A stretch of DNA of 64,000 nucleotides, from the IMG/VR virus record IMGVR_UViG_2974673286_000001, positions 89,269 to 153,268 of that record; one strand, 5' to 3'. Below the pieces are notes generated by a model that was not told the origin of the DNA, did not search any database, and saw nothing but the letters and a program-made list of their open reading frames with translations. This document shows, piece after piece, positions 27,860-36,810 of the stretch (positions are counted from its first letter, which is position 1; every line of letters begins with the position of its first letter). The stretch is from a virus (taxonomy: Duplodnaviria > Caudoviricetes). The position numbers and the translations under genes are program-made.

Positions 27860-28078
27860 ATGAGTAAAGAGTACGGACCAGACGCAGTAGTAACGTTTAC
27901 AGTAGATGTAGGTTATGTTGGCTGCATTAAAGAAGAAAAGTTCACTTTAGAGGACTTAGGTATTGTGGATGAGGGTGAAACTATTTCAGAGGAAGTCCTA
28001 GAAAAAGAGCTCGAAGAGGCGTATGAGAACTGGGTATGGGAAAATATTAATTGTAACCACTACGTAGAGGAGGGGTAA
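27860..28078 (+). CDS. Small acidic protein
   Basis: RBS before ATG 27860. Confidence 0.7.
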   Translation: MSKEYGPDAVVTFTVDVGYVGCIKEEKFTLEDLGIVDEGETISEEVLEKELEEAYENWVWENINCNHYVEEG

Positions 28079-28086
28079 GGTTTAAT

Positions 28087-28317
28087 ATGCGTGACTTTAA
28101 AGAGTTTGTTTTAGAAAAGCTGGAAGTTTTACATTTAAAGTTGTTTTATCATAGCTCCTACGATCTTAACTCCTCGATGGGAATAGCAGGGCGCTTACAG
28201 GACTTAACTCGCTATGAGCAGCTTAAGGAAGTTGTAAGAGAGAACCCTGAGTGGGATGATGAAGAGGTGGCTAAGGAGCTATCTAAGAGGATAAACAAGA
28301 GAACATCACTGTACTGA
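28087..28317 (+). CDS. Hypothetical protein
   Basis: RBS; followed by terminator. Confidence 0.65.
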   Translation: MRDFKEFVLEKLEVLHLKLFYHSSYDLNSSMGIAGRLQDLTRYEQLKEVVRENPEWDDEEVAKELSKRINKRTSLY

Positions 28318-28458
28318 AAAGGAGGGCTGCATGCCTTCTTTTTTTTTATTTTTTTTTTGGAAAAAGTTATAAAAAGATGTAGACAGTAATAAGTCTGTAT
28401 GTTACACTTTATTCATACAAAAGATACAGGAACTAAGTATGGAAGGTGGGGTTACAGA

Positions 28459-29496
28459 ATGGGAAATACAAAGCTAAGAATACTTTCTGAAGAGGAAGTA
28501 CAGGACCTATTAGTTCAGATTCGAGAAGGCTCTGAGGAAGCGAAGGAGACCTTAGTAAAACATAGTATGGGTCTTGTGAAGAGTGTAATAAACAAAAGAT
28601 TCAGATATACAGAACATCCAATAGAGGATTTAATTAGTGCAGGGGTAGAAGGGCTTTTGACAGCTATCAATAGATACGATGCAAGTAAGGGTGTAAACTT
28701 CTTTACATATGCTACACCTATGGTGAAGGGGTATACTCGGACATTTGCCTTAGAAAATGGAGCTACGAGAGTCCCTCGAAAGACTAGGGCACTTGCATTT
28801 AAAATTAGGAGTCGAGGACTACTGGATGCACCAGAAGAAAAGGTGGTTGAAGAATTTAATATAGCGGAGGAAGACAGATATAGAGTAAGGGTTGCACAGG
28901 GATATCTACGGAATGGACATAGCCTATTATCAACCAACGTAACGGTCAACCACGGAGAAAGCAGTTCAGATGATACAGATTTATCTGATCTTGCTGACTA
29001 TCGTAACAATGACTTGAACGGAGACCATTGGTTTGATATGGTAGCTATTAAGGTAGAGGCTAGTAAACTTCCAGAGCTACAGCAGCGTATTCTAGAACTA
29101 AGCTTTAATAAAGAGATGTCTCACCCGGAGATTGGAAAACTGCTAGGTATGCCACCACATCAAGTAGGTGTTCAGAAAAGAGCAGCAATAGACGCTTTAA
29201 GGCTAGCGTTCCTTGGGGAAGAGAAGGTAGCCGAGTTAAAACTTAAAGAAAAACGAAAACCGTTTAAAAGGATTACACCAGAGCAGAAGGAGCAAATTAT
29301 TAAGCTGCTAAGAGAAACAACTTTAACTTACGGGGAAATTGGGGAACTAGTTGGGGTTACACACTCTCCAGTTAGTAAACTAGCAAAGGAGCACAGGTCT
29401 CCTGAAGTGATTCAAGCCAACCGGAAGAGAGTCCACCGAAACTTAGCTCAGTACCAGAAAGATAAAAAGAAGAAAGGACAGAAACAAAATGTCTAA
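28459..29496 (+). CDS. SigF/SigG/SigB-like RNA polymerase sigma factor with extra C-terminal HTH
   Basis: GSEEAKETLVKHSMGLV, EDLISAGVEGLLTAINRYDASKGVNFFTYATPMVKG, region 4 LPELQQRILEL...EIGKLLG. Confidence 0.85.
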   Translation: MGNTKLRILSEEEVQDLLVQIREGSEEAKETLVKHSMGLVKSVINKRFRYTEHPIEDLISAGVEGLLTAINRYDASKGVNFFTYATPMVKGYTRTFALENGATRVPRKTRALAFKIRSRGLLDAPEEKVVEEFNIAEEDRYRVRVAQGYLRNGHSLLSTNVTVNHGESSSDDTDLSDLADYRNNDLNGDHWFDMVAIKVEASKLPELQQRILELSFNKEMSHPEIGKLLGMPPHQVGVQKRAAIDALRLAFLGEEKVAELKLKEKRKPFKRITPEQKEQIIKLLRETTLTYGEIGELVGVTHSPVSKLAKEHRSPEVIQANRKRVHRNLAQYQKDKKKKGQKQNV

Positions 29497-29710
29497 AAAA
29501 GATAAGTTTATTGTATGGAAGGTAGACGAGTTAATTCCTATGTGTACAGAAGCAGAACTTAAAATACTAAGTAGGATTGTAGACCGTATTGTACGAAAGC
29601 GAGTAGATGAGGGTAAAAAGCCAGCGAACAGCTATATCGTGATTAGTACTGACGAACCTTATGCAGATGATGTTCGGGAGATTTTGAAGAAGCATGGGGA
29701 CTGGGATTAA
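29489..29710 (+). CDS. Small hypothetical protein
   Basis: Overlaps sigma gene end; YIVISTDEPYA. Confidence 0.7.
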   Translation: MSKKDKFIVWKVDELIPMCTEAELKILSRIVDRIVRKRVDEGKKPANSYIVISTDEPYADDVREILKKHGDWD

Positions 29711-29800
29711 CCCACCCCTAATTTTTTGAGAAAAGTGTTGACACGCAGTCAATTAGGCTGTACAATATAGACATAGATACAGAGAAGAGGAGAGATTACA

Positions 29801-30025
29801 ATGGATTTAGTTAAACTAATGCAGGATAGGAAAGAGAAGATCGAGGAGCAAGAGGAGATTTTAGATGAGCTGGTCTACGGGCTAGAAGGTGCTGAGGTAT
29901 CTTACAAAGGAAAATCCGCAGTAATTAACGATGTTGATTGGGGTGCAGAAGAGGTTGAGCTAAACTACGATGATGAGAACTACGAGTGGGTATCTTTTGC
30001 AGAGGGAGCTGGTAGTGATGAGTAA
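29801..30025 (+). CDS. Small acidic protein
   Basis: TTGACA-17-TACAAT promoter and RBS. Confidence 0.7.
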   Translation: MDLVKLMQDRKEKIEEQEEILDELVYGLEGAEVSYKGKSAVINDVDWGAEEVELNYDDENYEWVSFAEGAGSDE

Positions 30026-30608
30026 GTTTAAAGACGTAGAGAGCTTATTATCGGTGCTCGATGACTGGGTAGACCGCCGGGTGAAGTCGATTGAAAAACG
30101 ACTTCTTCTGATAGATGCTCCCGATATTCCTGTAGGTCAAAAGGAGTTAGAAGTTAAAATACTAGCTGCTGTTGTAGCAGAGATAGAAGGTTACTTGAGA
30201 GATGTCATAGGGGTGGATGTTAATGACCCGAACTGTCCATTACAATACGCAAAAGACACTATTAACCTCATGCTCTCAGAGATACAAGAGTATAAGGACT
30301 TGCCAGTAGAAGATGACGAAGAGGAGCAGACACCAGCGCATAAAAAAGCAACTGAAATGGAATTAGCCATTAAGAGGAGCACAGAAGGACTAGAAAGTGT
30401 AGTTAGCACCTTAATAGACTACGACTCAGGGATTAAAGCCCTACAAAAAGCTCGTACTAAAGCTATGACTCTTAAAGACCTGATGCCATACGACACTAAG
30501 GAAATTCCCGAAGAGCTTCAAGATGTACCTTCTCGTTTGTATACTCTGGTGTCCCGTTTAGATACAGTGATACAGAATAGTACACTAGTAAAGGAGACTG
30601 ATAAGTAA
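30018..30608 (+). CDS. Helical hypothetical protein
   Basis: Operon packing. Confidence 0.7.
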   Translation: MSKFKDVESLLSVLDDWVDRRVKSIEKRLLLIDAPDIPVGQKELEVKILAAVVAEIEGYLRDVIGVDVNDPNCPLQYAKDTINLMLSEIQEYKDLPVEDDEEEQTPAHKKATEMELAIKRSTEGLESVVSTLIDYDSGIKALQKARTKAMTLKDLMPYDTKEIPEELQDVPSRLYTLVSRLDTVIQNSTLVKETDK

Positions 30609-31813
30609 TGATCGAAGTAAAAGGCAAGTATAACTCAGCTAAAATTTTTACAGATAACATTGAAGAAACGGCAATGGGGCAGGTTATTGAACTGTGTAAC
30701 CAAGAGTTCGCAAAAGACAGCAAGATTCGTATTATGCCGGATGTACACGCTGGAGCAGGCTGCACAATTGGGACAACAATGACAATCACAGACAAAGTAG
30801 TTCCAAATTTAGTAGGTGTTGACATTGGGTGTGGCTTGGAAGTTGCGTACATTGACGTGGATAAATCCGAGGTTAACTTCGACCAGCTGGATGATGTTAT
30901 TCGAAAGTATGTGCCTAGCGGTTTTTCTGTCCGAGGTAGGGAGCACCAATACACTGAGTTTGTCCCGCTTAGTTTGGTGAGAGCTCCGATTAATAAAAAC
31001 CGTGCAAAACTAAGCATTGGGACGCTCGGGTCAGGGAATCACTTCATCGAACTTAACGAGGTTGGTCCGGGGAGAGTAGCCCTTGTCATCCATTCAGGGT
31101 CACGAAGCTTAGGCAAGCAGGTCGCTGAGCATTACCAAGACCGAGCTTATGAAGAGCTGATGGATGTTAAAAACGAGCAGCAGCGGATCATTGAAGAATT
31201 AAAGTCTCAAGGAAAGGCTCACGAAATTCACGAAGCTCTCCGAGGTATTAAAAAGCCTAAGATCAAAAAAGACCTTGCATACTTACAAGGGAACTCTTTT
31301 GAAGACTATATGAACGATATGCGTATCGCTCAACGCCACGCTCTTTACAATCGAAAAGCCATGGTACAGCAAATTGTTGAACATATGGGTTGGGGTGCTG
31401 CGTGGCACATAGGGGACTCGTTTACCACGATCCACAACTACATCGACATGGACCACATGATCCTTCGTAAAGGTGCTATTTCCGCCCGGAAAGGTGAGAA
31501 AGTTATTATCCCAATCAATATGAGAGATGGGAGCATCATTGCAGAAGGAACAGGTAATCCCGATTGGAATTTCTCCGGTCCTCACGGAGCTGGTCGAGTA
31601 ATGAGCCGATCTAAAGCTAAGAAGAATCTAAACGTTGAAGACTTTAAGAAATCAATGGAAGGTATCTGGACTTCTTCAGTAAATGAGCACACTCTGGATG
31701 AGGCACCTATGGTTTACAAGCCGCTGGACGAAATCCGAGAGAACATTGAAGAAGGCGGATCAGTCAAAGTGCTGCAAGTTATTAAGCCAGTATATAATTT
31801 CAAAGCGAACTAA
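30608..31813 (+). CDS. rtcB: RtcB family RNA ligase
   Basis: IMPDVHAG, VGVDIGCG, GTLGSGNHFIE, IHSGSR, HRK-like LRKGA, PHGAGR, DEAPMVYK. Confidence 0.95.
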   Translation: MIEVKGKYNSAKIFTDNIEETAMGQVIELCNQEFAKDSKIRIMPDVHAGAGCTIGTTMTITDKVVPNLVGVDIGCGLEVAYIDVDKSEVNFDQLDDVIRKYVPSGFSVRGREHQYTEFVPLSLVRAPINKNRAKLSIGTLGSGNHFIELNEVGPGRVALVIHSGSRSLGKQVAEHYQDRAYEELMDVKNEQQRIIEELKSQGKAHEIHEALRGIKKPKIKKDLAYLQGNSFEDYMNDMRIAQRHALYNRKAMVQQIVEHMGWGAAWHIGDSFTTIHNYIDMDHMILRKGAISARKGEKVIIPINMRDGSIIAEGTGNPDWNFSGPHGAGRVMSRSKAKKNLNVEDFKKSMEGIWTSSVNEHTLDEAPMVYKPLDEIRENIEEGGSVKVLQVIKPVYNFKAN

Positions 31814-31825
31814 GGAGGACGTATT

Positions 31826-32086
31826 ATGGAGTTTAAAAGACCAGAAGGAGCGCATGGGTATGTTCAATGGAAAGGTACAGACGCCTGTATGGATGTGTAC
31901 TGCGCTTGTGGGTACCACGCACACATTGATGACTTGTTTCTTTATCATGTAAAATGCCCTAGATGTGGGCGAGTGTATGCTTGTAACCCACATATTGAAT
32001 TGAAGGAGCTATCAAGTGAGTCAGAGGCAAAACCTGATATAATCAAAGACCTCCCAGACGATGGTGAGTATGAGAAGGACGAATAG
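31826..32086 (+). CDS. Zn-binding hypothetical protein
   Basis: CACGxHxH...CPRCG. Confidence 0.7.
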   Translation: MEFKRPEGAHGYVQWKGTDACMDVYCACGYHAHIDDLFLYHVKCPRCGRVYACNPHIELKELSSESEAKPDIIKDLPDDGEYEKDE

Positions 32087-32100
32087 AAGGAGTGGCAGGC

Positions 32101-32364
32101 ATGGAAGGTATTTTAAAGAATTTACCGATAGGGCAGAACTCTGCTTTTTGGAATGAGGTAGACAAGGCAGTTGTTAAACTGGGGGAGTTCTTAGACCAAG
32201 AGCTCTCAGATAGTGCAAAAGAGGAAGTCATTTTAATCCTCGGAGAGGTTTTAGACGCTGCCGAGAGCATGGCAGATGATGCCTATGATGAGGGTGAAAA
32301 AGCAGGATATTCAGAGGGCTATGAGGAAGGCTATGATATCGCCATAGATATGAACGAAGACTAA
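32101..32364 (+). CDS. Acidic protein with Y-x-E-G repeats
   Basis: AYDEGEKAGYSEGYEEGY; RBS. Confidence 0.65.
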   Translation: MEGILKNLPIGQNSAFWNEVDKAVVKLGEFLDQELSDSAKEEVILILGEVLDAAESMADDAYDEGEKAGYSEGYEEGYDIAIDMNED

Positions 32365-32383
32365 CAAACTAGGAGGAGTTATA

Positions 32384-32641
32384 ATGAGCGATCTTTATTA
32401 TAAAATTATAGGCGGCTGTACTCGTGAAGACGGTAATGAGTACGTAACAGTTGTAACAATGCAATGGTTTGACGAGTATGACTACAATCAGGATAGGTTC
32501 TTCCGAGATGAGGACGGGGATACTCTAATGTTCTATGAAGAAGATGAAGCTATTCAATGGCTATTCGACAACGTTAAAGAAGAATACATTGACCCAGAGT
32601 ACCGTGGCAGAAGATTTAATCAGTCTAAATACATGAAATAA
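32384..32641 (+). CDS. Acidic hypothetical protein
   Basis: AGGAGG RBS. Confidence 0.7.
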   Translation: MSDLYYKIIGGCTREDGNEYVTVVTMQWFDEYDYNQDRFFRDEDGDTLMFYEEDEAIQWLFDNVKEEYIDPEYRGRRFNQSKYMK

Positions 32642-32653
32642 GGAGGACTACAA

Positions 32654-32875
32654 GTGGATAAGAACACCTTAAAAGAGGCTGTAGCTTGTGATGACTCTAT
32701 TTTTCATGCAGCAGAGCGCCTCGCTGAGCTTTTAGATAAGATGGTGGCTGAAGGAAATAAACCTGTAGTTGCTAAGGAATACAGAAAGTTCTTAGAGTCA
32801 ATAGACGAGCAGCTAGAGGAAAAATATATCAGAGGGCAGGATTCAATGAATCGAGACCCCTATGGACCTATGTAA
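32654..32875 (+). CDS. Hypothetical protein
   Basis: AGGAGG RBS, GTG start. Confidence 0.65.
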   Translation: MDKNTLKEAVACDDSIFHAAERLAELLDKMVAEGNKPVVAKEYRKFLESIDEQLEEKYIRGQDSMNRDPYGPM

Positions 32876-33020
32876 AACAAAAAAGGAGAGCAGTACATGT
32901 CACATCCAGTAGCAGTAGTCATCGCATGCATTGTAGGGATTGTCCTAGTAAGGGTAACGATGGATATTCGAGAAAAAGCAAGCAACAAGCGTAAAGGAGA
33001 TAAGTAAGTAGGACAGGAGG

Positions 33021-33224
33021 GTGAAGATAATGCCCAAGTTTAAGGTCACTTGTGAGCATGAGGTTATTAAAATGTACAGGGTCACAGTAGACGCAGACTC
33101 CCTAGAAGAAGCCGTGAGGTTGGTGGAGTACGGAGACTATGATTCATCTAATAAGAGGCTTCTAGATGAAGAAGATATACGTATTAATGTTACTTATGCT
33201 GAGCAACTTGAGGATAAAGACTAA
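33021..33224 (+). CDS. Small acidic protein
   Basis: RBS; VTVDADSLEEA motif. Confidence 0.65.
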   Translation: MKIMPKFKVTCEHEVIKMYRVTVDADSLEEAVRLVEYGDYDSSNKRLLDEEDIRINVTYAEQLEDKD

Positions 33225-33377
33225 TGTTGGACGTGATTACCCAACTTTTCTTTACAGCTGTGGGTTGGTTTATTGGGCACTTCCTAATCTCCAAGCCACT
33301 TATCAGGTGGCTAGAGAGAAGGGACGAGCAGAAACGAAAAGAGAGTATGATACAGTGGAGAGAGGAGATTTAATAAA

Positions 33378-33764
33378 ATGAAATTTTCAGCAGCAGTGGC
33401 TTACTTAGAGGAAGGATTTGTAGTGGAGTCTAACGAAGGAACACTGTACAACAACCTTGGGGATATTCGTAAGGTCTACTTAGATGAAATCCGGGGAAGT
33501 TGGAAGTTGATCGGTCAATGGAAAAAACTAAAGTCTTATGAAGAAGCAGTTGTGGCGCTTACACATAAATACACAGTATGTTCTACATACAACATAGAAG
33601 AAGACTTGTGTGTATACGAAAGTGTCTATGGTCTTATCCACCTTGCTAGCTACGAGACCGAAGAGGACACAGAATGGTGGGTACTCGTTCAGGAAGGAGA
33701 CTGCGAACCTTACCGAGAAGGATGGTTGGCATCAGGAGACCAAGGAGGAGCAAAGAATGACTGA
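33378..33764 (+). CDS. Hypothetical protein
   Basis: GAGGAG RBS. Confidence 0.7.
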   Translation: MKFSAAVAYLEEGFVVESNEGTLYNNLGDIRKVYLDEIRGSWKLIGQWKKLKSYEEAVVALTHKYTVCSTYNIEEDLCVYESVYGLIHLASYETEEDTEWWVLVQEGDCEPYREGWLASGDQGGAKND

Positions 33765-34212
33765 TGCTTTAGATAAGGCGCTATTGTTAAAACGGTTGCA
33801 CTATGTAGACAGAGGTCTTCGCTTGTACAAGGCTGAGCACTCAGAGGAAGTAGCCTTCATCTTAGGAGGTCTCAAGGTCATTAATGAGCTTATAAGACAT
33901 ATTTCAGCAGGAATGTACGATCTTAATTTTAACTCCTCTGGGACCGAAACAGGTCGATTCTCTAGCAGCGAGCCTAACCTAAGTGCAGAGCCTAAGAGCG
34001 AGCCTCCTGTTGTAAACGGGCATGTGCTTTACACCAAGGAGGATTTTAAAGACATGACCGGAGAGAAACTGGAGAGCAGCTATACCGCACACCTTGTCTT
34101 AGATGGCGGTCTCTCTATTTGTAAAATCTGCGGGGAAGGGGAAGCGGGATTAGACAATCCTTGCAAACCAAAGAAGAATCTCAATGACAAGACAAATACG
34201 AAAGGGGAATAA
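33757..34212 (+). CDS. Mosaic protein with Pol-A-like TGRxSSxxPN motif and C-terminal Cys/His cluster
   Basis: AGGAGG RBS; FNSSGTETGRFSSSEPNL; HVLY...CKICG...C. Confidence 0.65.
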   Translation: MTDALDKALLLKRLHYVDRGLRLYKAEHSEEVAFILGGLKVINELIRHISAGMYDLNFNSSGTETGRFSSSEPNLSAEPKSEPPVVNGHVLYTKEDFKDMTGEKLESSYTAHLVLDGGLSICKICGEGEAGLDNPCKPKKNLNDKTNTKGE

Positions 34213-34215
34213 AAA

Positions 34216-34572
34216 ATGAGTCATCAAGCCAAACGTCTGTACAACGACATTTACGCTGACAAGACAATTACACTTGCACAAGAGGCAGCAATTAAAGAGG
34301 TTATTACTCTGTTCCCCAATGATGTACATGCGGTAAACTATGTGATGGAGGAGCATGGACATTTTGAAGATCAAAAACTATATCCACTCAATCACATGAT
34401 GAAAGGTCATATCATCTACATCCTCATGACGGGTAAGTACAACGTTATTAATTCTTTTGAGGAGTACCTAAAGAGTGAGCTTGAACTCACTGATGAGGGT
34501 ACATATGCTTGGCACGCAATCAAAAGGATTCGTACCGAGTATTTCAAAAGAAAAGACAAAGGGGAGTTTTAA
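34216..34572 (+). CDS. Paralog-family protein A
   Basis: Similar to next ORF; both end KRKxKGEF. Confidence 0.7.
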   Translation: MSHQAKRLYNDIYADKTITLAQEAAIKEVITLFPNDVHAVNYVMEEHGHFEDQKLYPLNHMMKGHIIYILMTGKYNVINSFEEYLKSELELTDEGTYAWHAIKRIRTEYFKRKDKGEF

Positions 34573-34573
34573 A

Positions 34574-34924
34574 ATGAGAAAACTACAAAAACTTCCGGGG
34601 ATTGCACTTCCCGAGATCGCACTCACAAGGAAACAAGCCACAGCGATCAAGAAATTGGATAACTCCAGTGGTGGCTTAAGAGACAGTATCGTCTACTTAA
34701 TTGAGGGTCTTGGGAATTTTAAGGATGAATATAAGCCTCTAAACGAGGTACCTCTCAGCTATCTCATTAAAGTACTTGTTACTCGTGAGTACCACGTTGA
34801 GGAAACTTTCGAGGAGTGGCTCGAATGGCAAAAGAACAGGGTTGTGGATGGTACTCCCGCATCATGTGCTTATCAAATTGTTCTCGAAGAGTACAAGAAG
34901 CGCAAAGAGAAAGGGGAGTTTTAG
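34574..34924 (+). CDS. Paralog-family protein B
   Basis: Tandem duplicate of previous ORF. Confidence 0.7.
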   Translation: MRKLQKLPGIALPEIALTRKQATAIKKLDNSSGGLRDSIVYLIEGLGNFKDEYKPLNEVPLSYLIKVLVTREYHVEETFEEWLEWQKNRVVDGTPASCAYQIVLEEYKKRKEKGEF

Positions 34925-34925
34925 G

Positions 34926-35144
34926 ATGACAAAATACTACACAATAATGGGATACTTCCCTATACTAAGAAGAAAGATGGATGCAGAGTTTAAGCGGGTA
35001 GGATTCAAAAACATCAAGGAGAAACGCTGGGTCCTCAACAAAGTCCTCGGTAAAGCGCCTTACTTGAACAGTATGTCTATTGTGGAGATGGAGAGGATTA
35101 TCTCCGAGTTACAAAAGTACAACAGTGTAAGTGAAATCGAATAA
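34926..35144 (+). CDS. Hypothetical protein
   Basis: GGGGAG RBS before ATG 34926. Confidence 0.65.
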   Translation: MTKYYTIMGYFPILRRKMDAEFKRVGFKNIKEKRWVLNKVLGKAPYLNSMSIVEMERIISELQKYNSVSEIE

Positions 35145-35187
35145 GCAGCCCAGATACAGAGGACGAGGAATAAGAGCTTATACCAGT

Positions 35188-35218
35188 AAAAACAAGGGTT
35201 ATCCCCTTGTTTTTTTTT
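35188..35218 (+). terminator. Intrinsic terminator upstream of the ParM cassette
   Basis: AAAACAAGGG...CCCTTGTTTT plus T run. Confidence 0.85.
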
Positions 35219-35228
35219 ATTATGTACA

Positions 35229-35258
35229 GACATAGGATTCCGCATATGCCCATAAAGT
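35229..35258 (+). promoter_or_regulatory. Putative sporulation sigmaE-type promoter
   Basis: GACATA-16 nt-CATAAAGT; no sigmaA -35 box between terminator and parM. Confidence 0.5.
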
Positions 35259-35313
35259 AGAATCACAAGGGTATTACAAAGTATGCGAAGGAATGACAAA
35301 GGAGGAGTTAAGT

Positions 35314-36393
35314 ATGACAAAGTATGCGGGTTTTAATGTAAAAGCGTTGGACGATGGGTACGGGGATGTAAAATTCGACAGCACAGGTTCTCCTAATCTT
35401 ATCCCATCATTCGTCACAAGTTTTAAGGAGAAGCCTAAAAAGGACTTTGGGCAAGACAGTAAGCTGCGGTATGTAGCCAGTGAGATTGATGGAGAAAGAT
35501 ATGTAGTAGGAGACTACGCAATGAAGCTGGACCCCAACATCATCTGGGCTGGAGGGGAAAACAAACACGCTGACAAGAGGTTCCCGGTCTTATTAAAAAC
35601 TACCCTTGGGCTAATGAGCTCGGGAAGACATGAAGTAATCGACACACTTATGATGAACCTTCCTATCAGATACGACACAGAGGAGAGACGGCAGCAGCTT
35701 ACAGAAGTGGCTCAGGGAACCCACACCGTAGCTTTAAGCAGCGATGGAGTAAACTTCATTAAAAGAATGGTCACAGTAAATAACGTGGAGATTAAGAAGC
35801 AGCCGTTCGGTAGCCTGTGTGATGTGATACTAGATGGTAACGGGGACATCATTGATAAGGACACAGCCAAAGGGTTCAACGTCATTGTAGATGTAGGTGC
35901 CCGGACACTAAACATCCTCACTGTAGACGCCTTAGAGGAACAGACAGAGCTTTCACTACAAACGAACGATGGGATGTACACCGCATTCAGTCAGGTAGGC
36001 TCCTATCTAGAGAAGGAGCTTGACGTGATCATCCCGGACGGTAAGCTGCCGCAGATCATTAGTCAAAAGGAAATCAAGAACATGGATATCACACCGCTTA
36101 TTAATAGCACATACGAGAATCATGCCAACACAATACTAGCTGTACTAGACAAGGTGCTAGTCAACTCATGGGGTTTTGTTACTTCTGTTATCTTCACAGG
36201 CGGAGGAGCCGGGAAAGAGCTGCTGAGACCGTATATTGAAAAGCGCTTCAACAGAGTACCTTCTATCTTCTTGGACCGTTATTCGAATGTCAGAGGTCTC
36301 CGCAAGTATGGAATCCGACAATCGAAAAAGAACCCTAAGAAGGTAAATAACATCAAGATTCAGGTGGGCAATCATGAGTACAGTCCGAAGTAA
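35314..36393 (+). CDS. parM: ParM/StbA family actin-like protein
   Basis: LDDGYGDVK, IVDVGARTLN and FTGGGA actin-fold motifs; AAGGAGG RBS. Confidence 0.88.
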   Translation: MTKYAGFNVKALDDGYGDVKFDSTGSPNLIPSFVTSFKEKPKKDFGQDSKLRYVASEIDGERYVVGDYAMKLDPNIIWAGGENKHADKRFPVLLKTTLGLMSSGRHEVIDTLMMNLPIRYDTEERRQQLTEVAQGTHTVALSSDGVNFIKRMVTVNNVEIKKQPFGSLCDVILDGNGDIIDKDTAKGFNVIVDVGARTLNILTVDALEEQTELSLQTNDGMYTAFSQVGSYLEKELDVIIPDGKLPQIISQKEIKNMDITPLINSTYENHANTILAVLDKVLVNSWGFVTSVIFTGGGAGKELLRPYIEKRFNRVPSIFLDRYSNVRGLRKYGIRQSKKNPKKVNNIKIQVGNHEYSPK

Positions 36394-36682
36394 GAAAAAC
36401 AACAGACGAACACTTTACCTTAGTGATAGGAAGGATAAGGACATTCTGGAGTATATTGAGCCGCTTATGGATGAACGCTATGACTTTTCCTTTGTGATCC
36501 GGGAGCTGGTTAGAGATGGGATTAAATACAGAACCTGCCCGACCGCAGCTCCCGTACCACCTACCCAAGTTGTACCACAGGAAAGTGGCATACAAAGTAA
36601 TCCTCCTGAGCTGTCCAATATCGTTTTGAAGAAGAAAGAGTTGTCCGATGCAGACATCGAGGATAGGCTAGATAGCTTCTAA
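36374..36682 (+). CDS. Putative ParR-like DNA-binding adaptor
   Basis: RRTLYL...DKDILEYIE...SFVIRELVRDGI ribbon-helix-helix-like pattern, acidic tail, directly after parM. Confidence 0.65.
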   Translation: MSTVRSKKNNRRTLYLSDRKDKDILEYIEPLMDERYDFSFVIRELVRDGIKYRTCPTAAPVPPTQVVPQESGIQSNPPELSNIVLKKKELSDADIEDRLDSF

Positions 36683-36810
36683 TTTCCCGCTTCTTTCCCA
36701 AAAGCCTTATTTCCGGCGGGAAACGGGAAAAATACAGTAAAAAGCCCGAAAATAGTGTGTTTTTAGAGTGTGGGAATTAAGGAAATAAGGGAAGAAAGAG
36801 GTGAGAAAAG

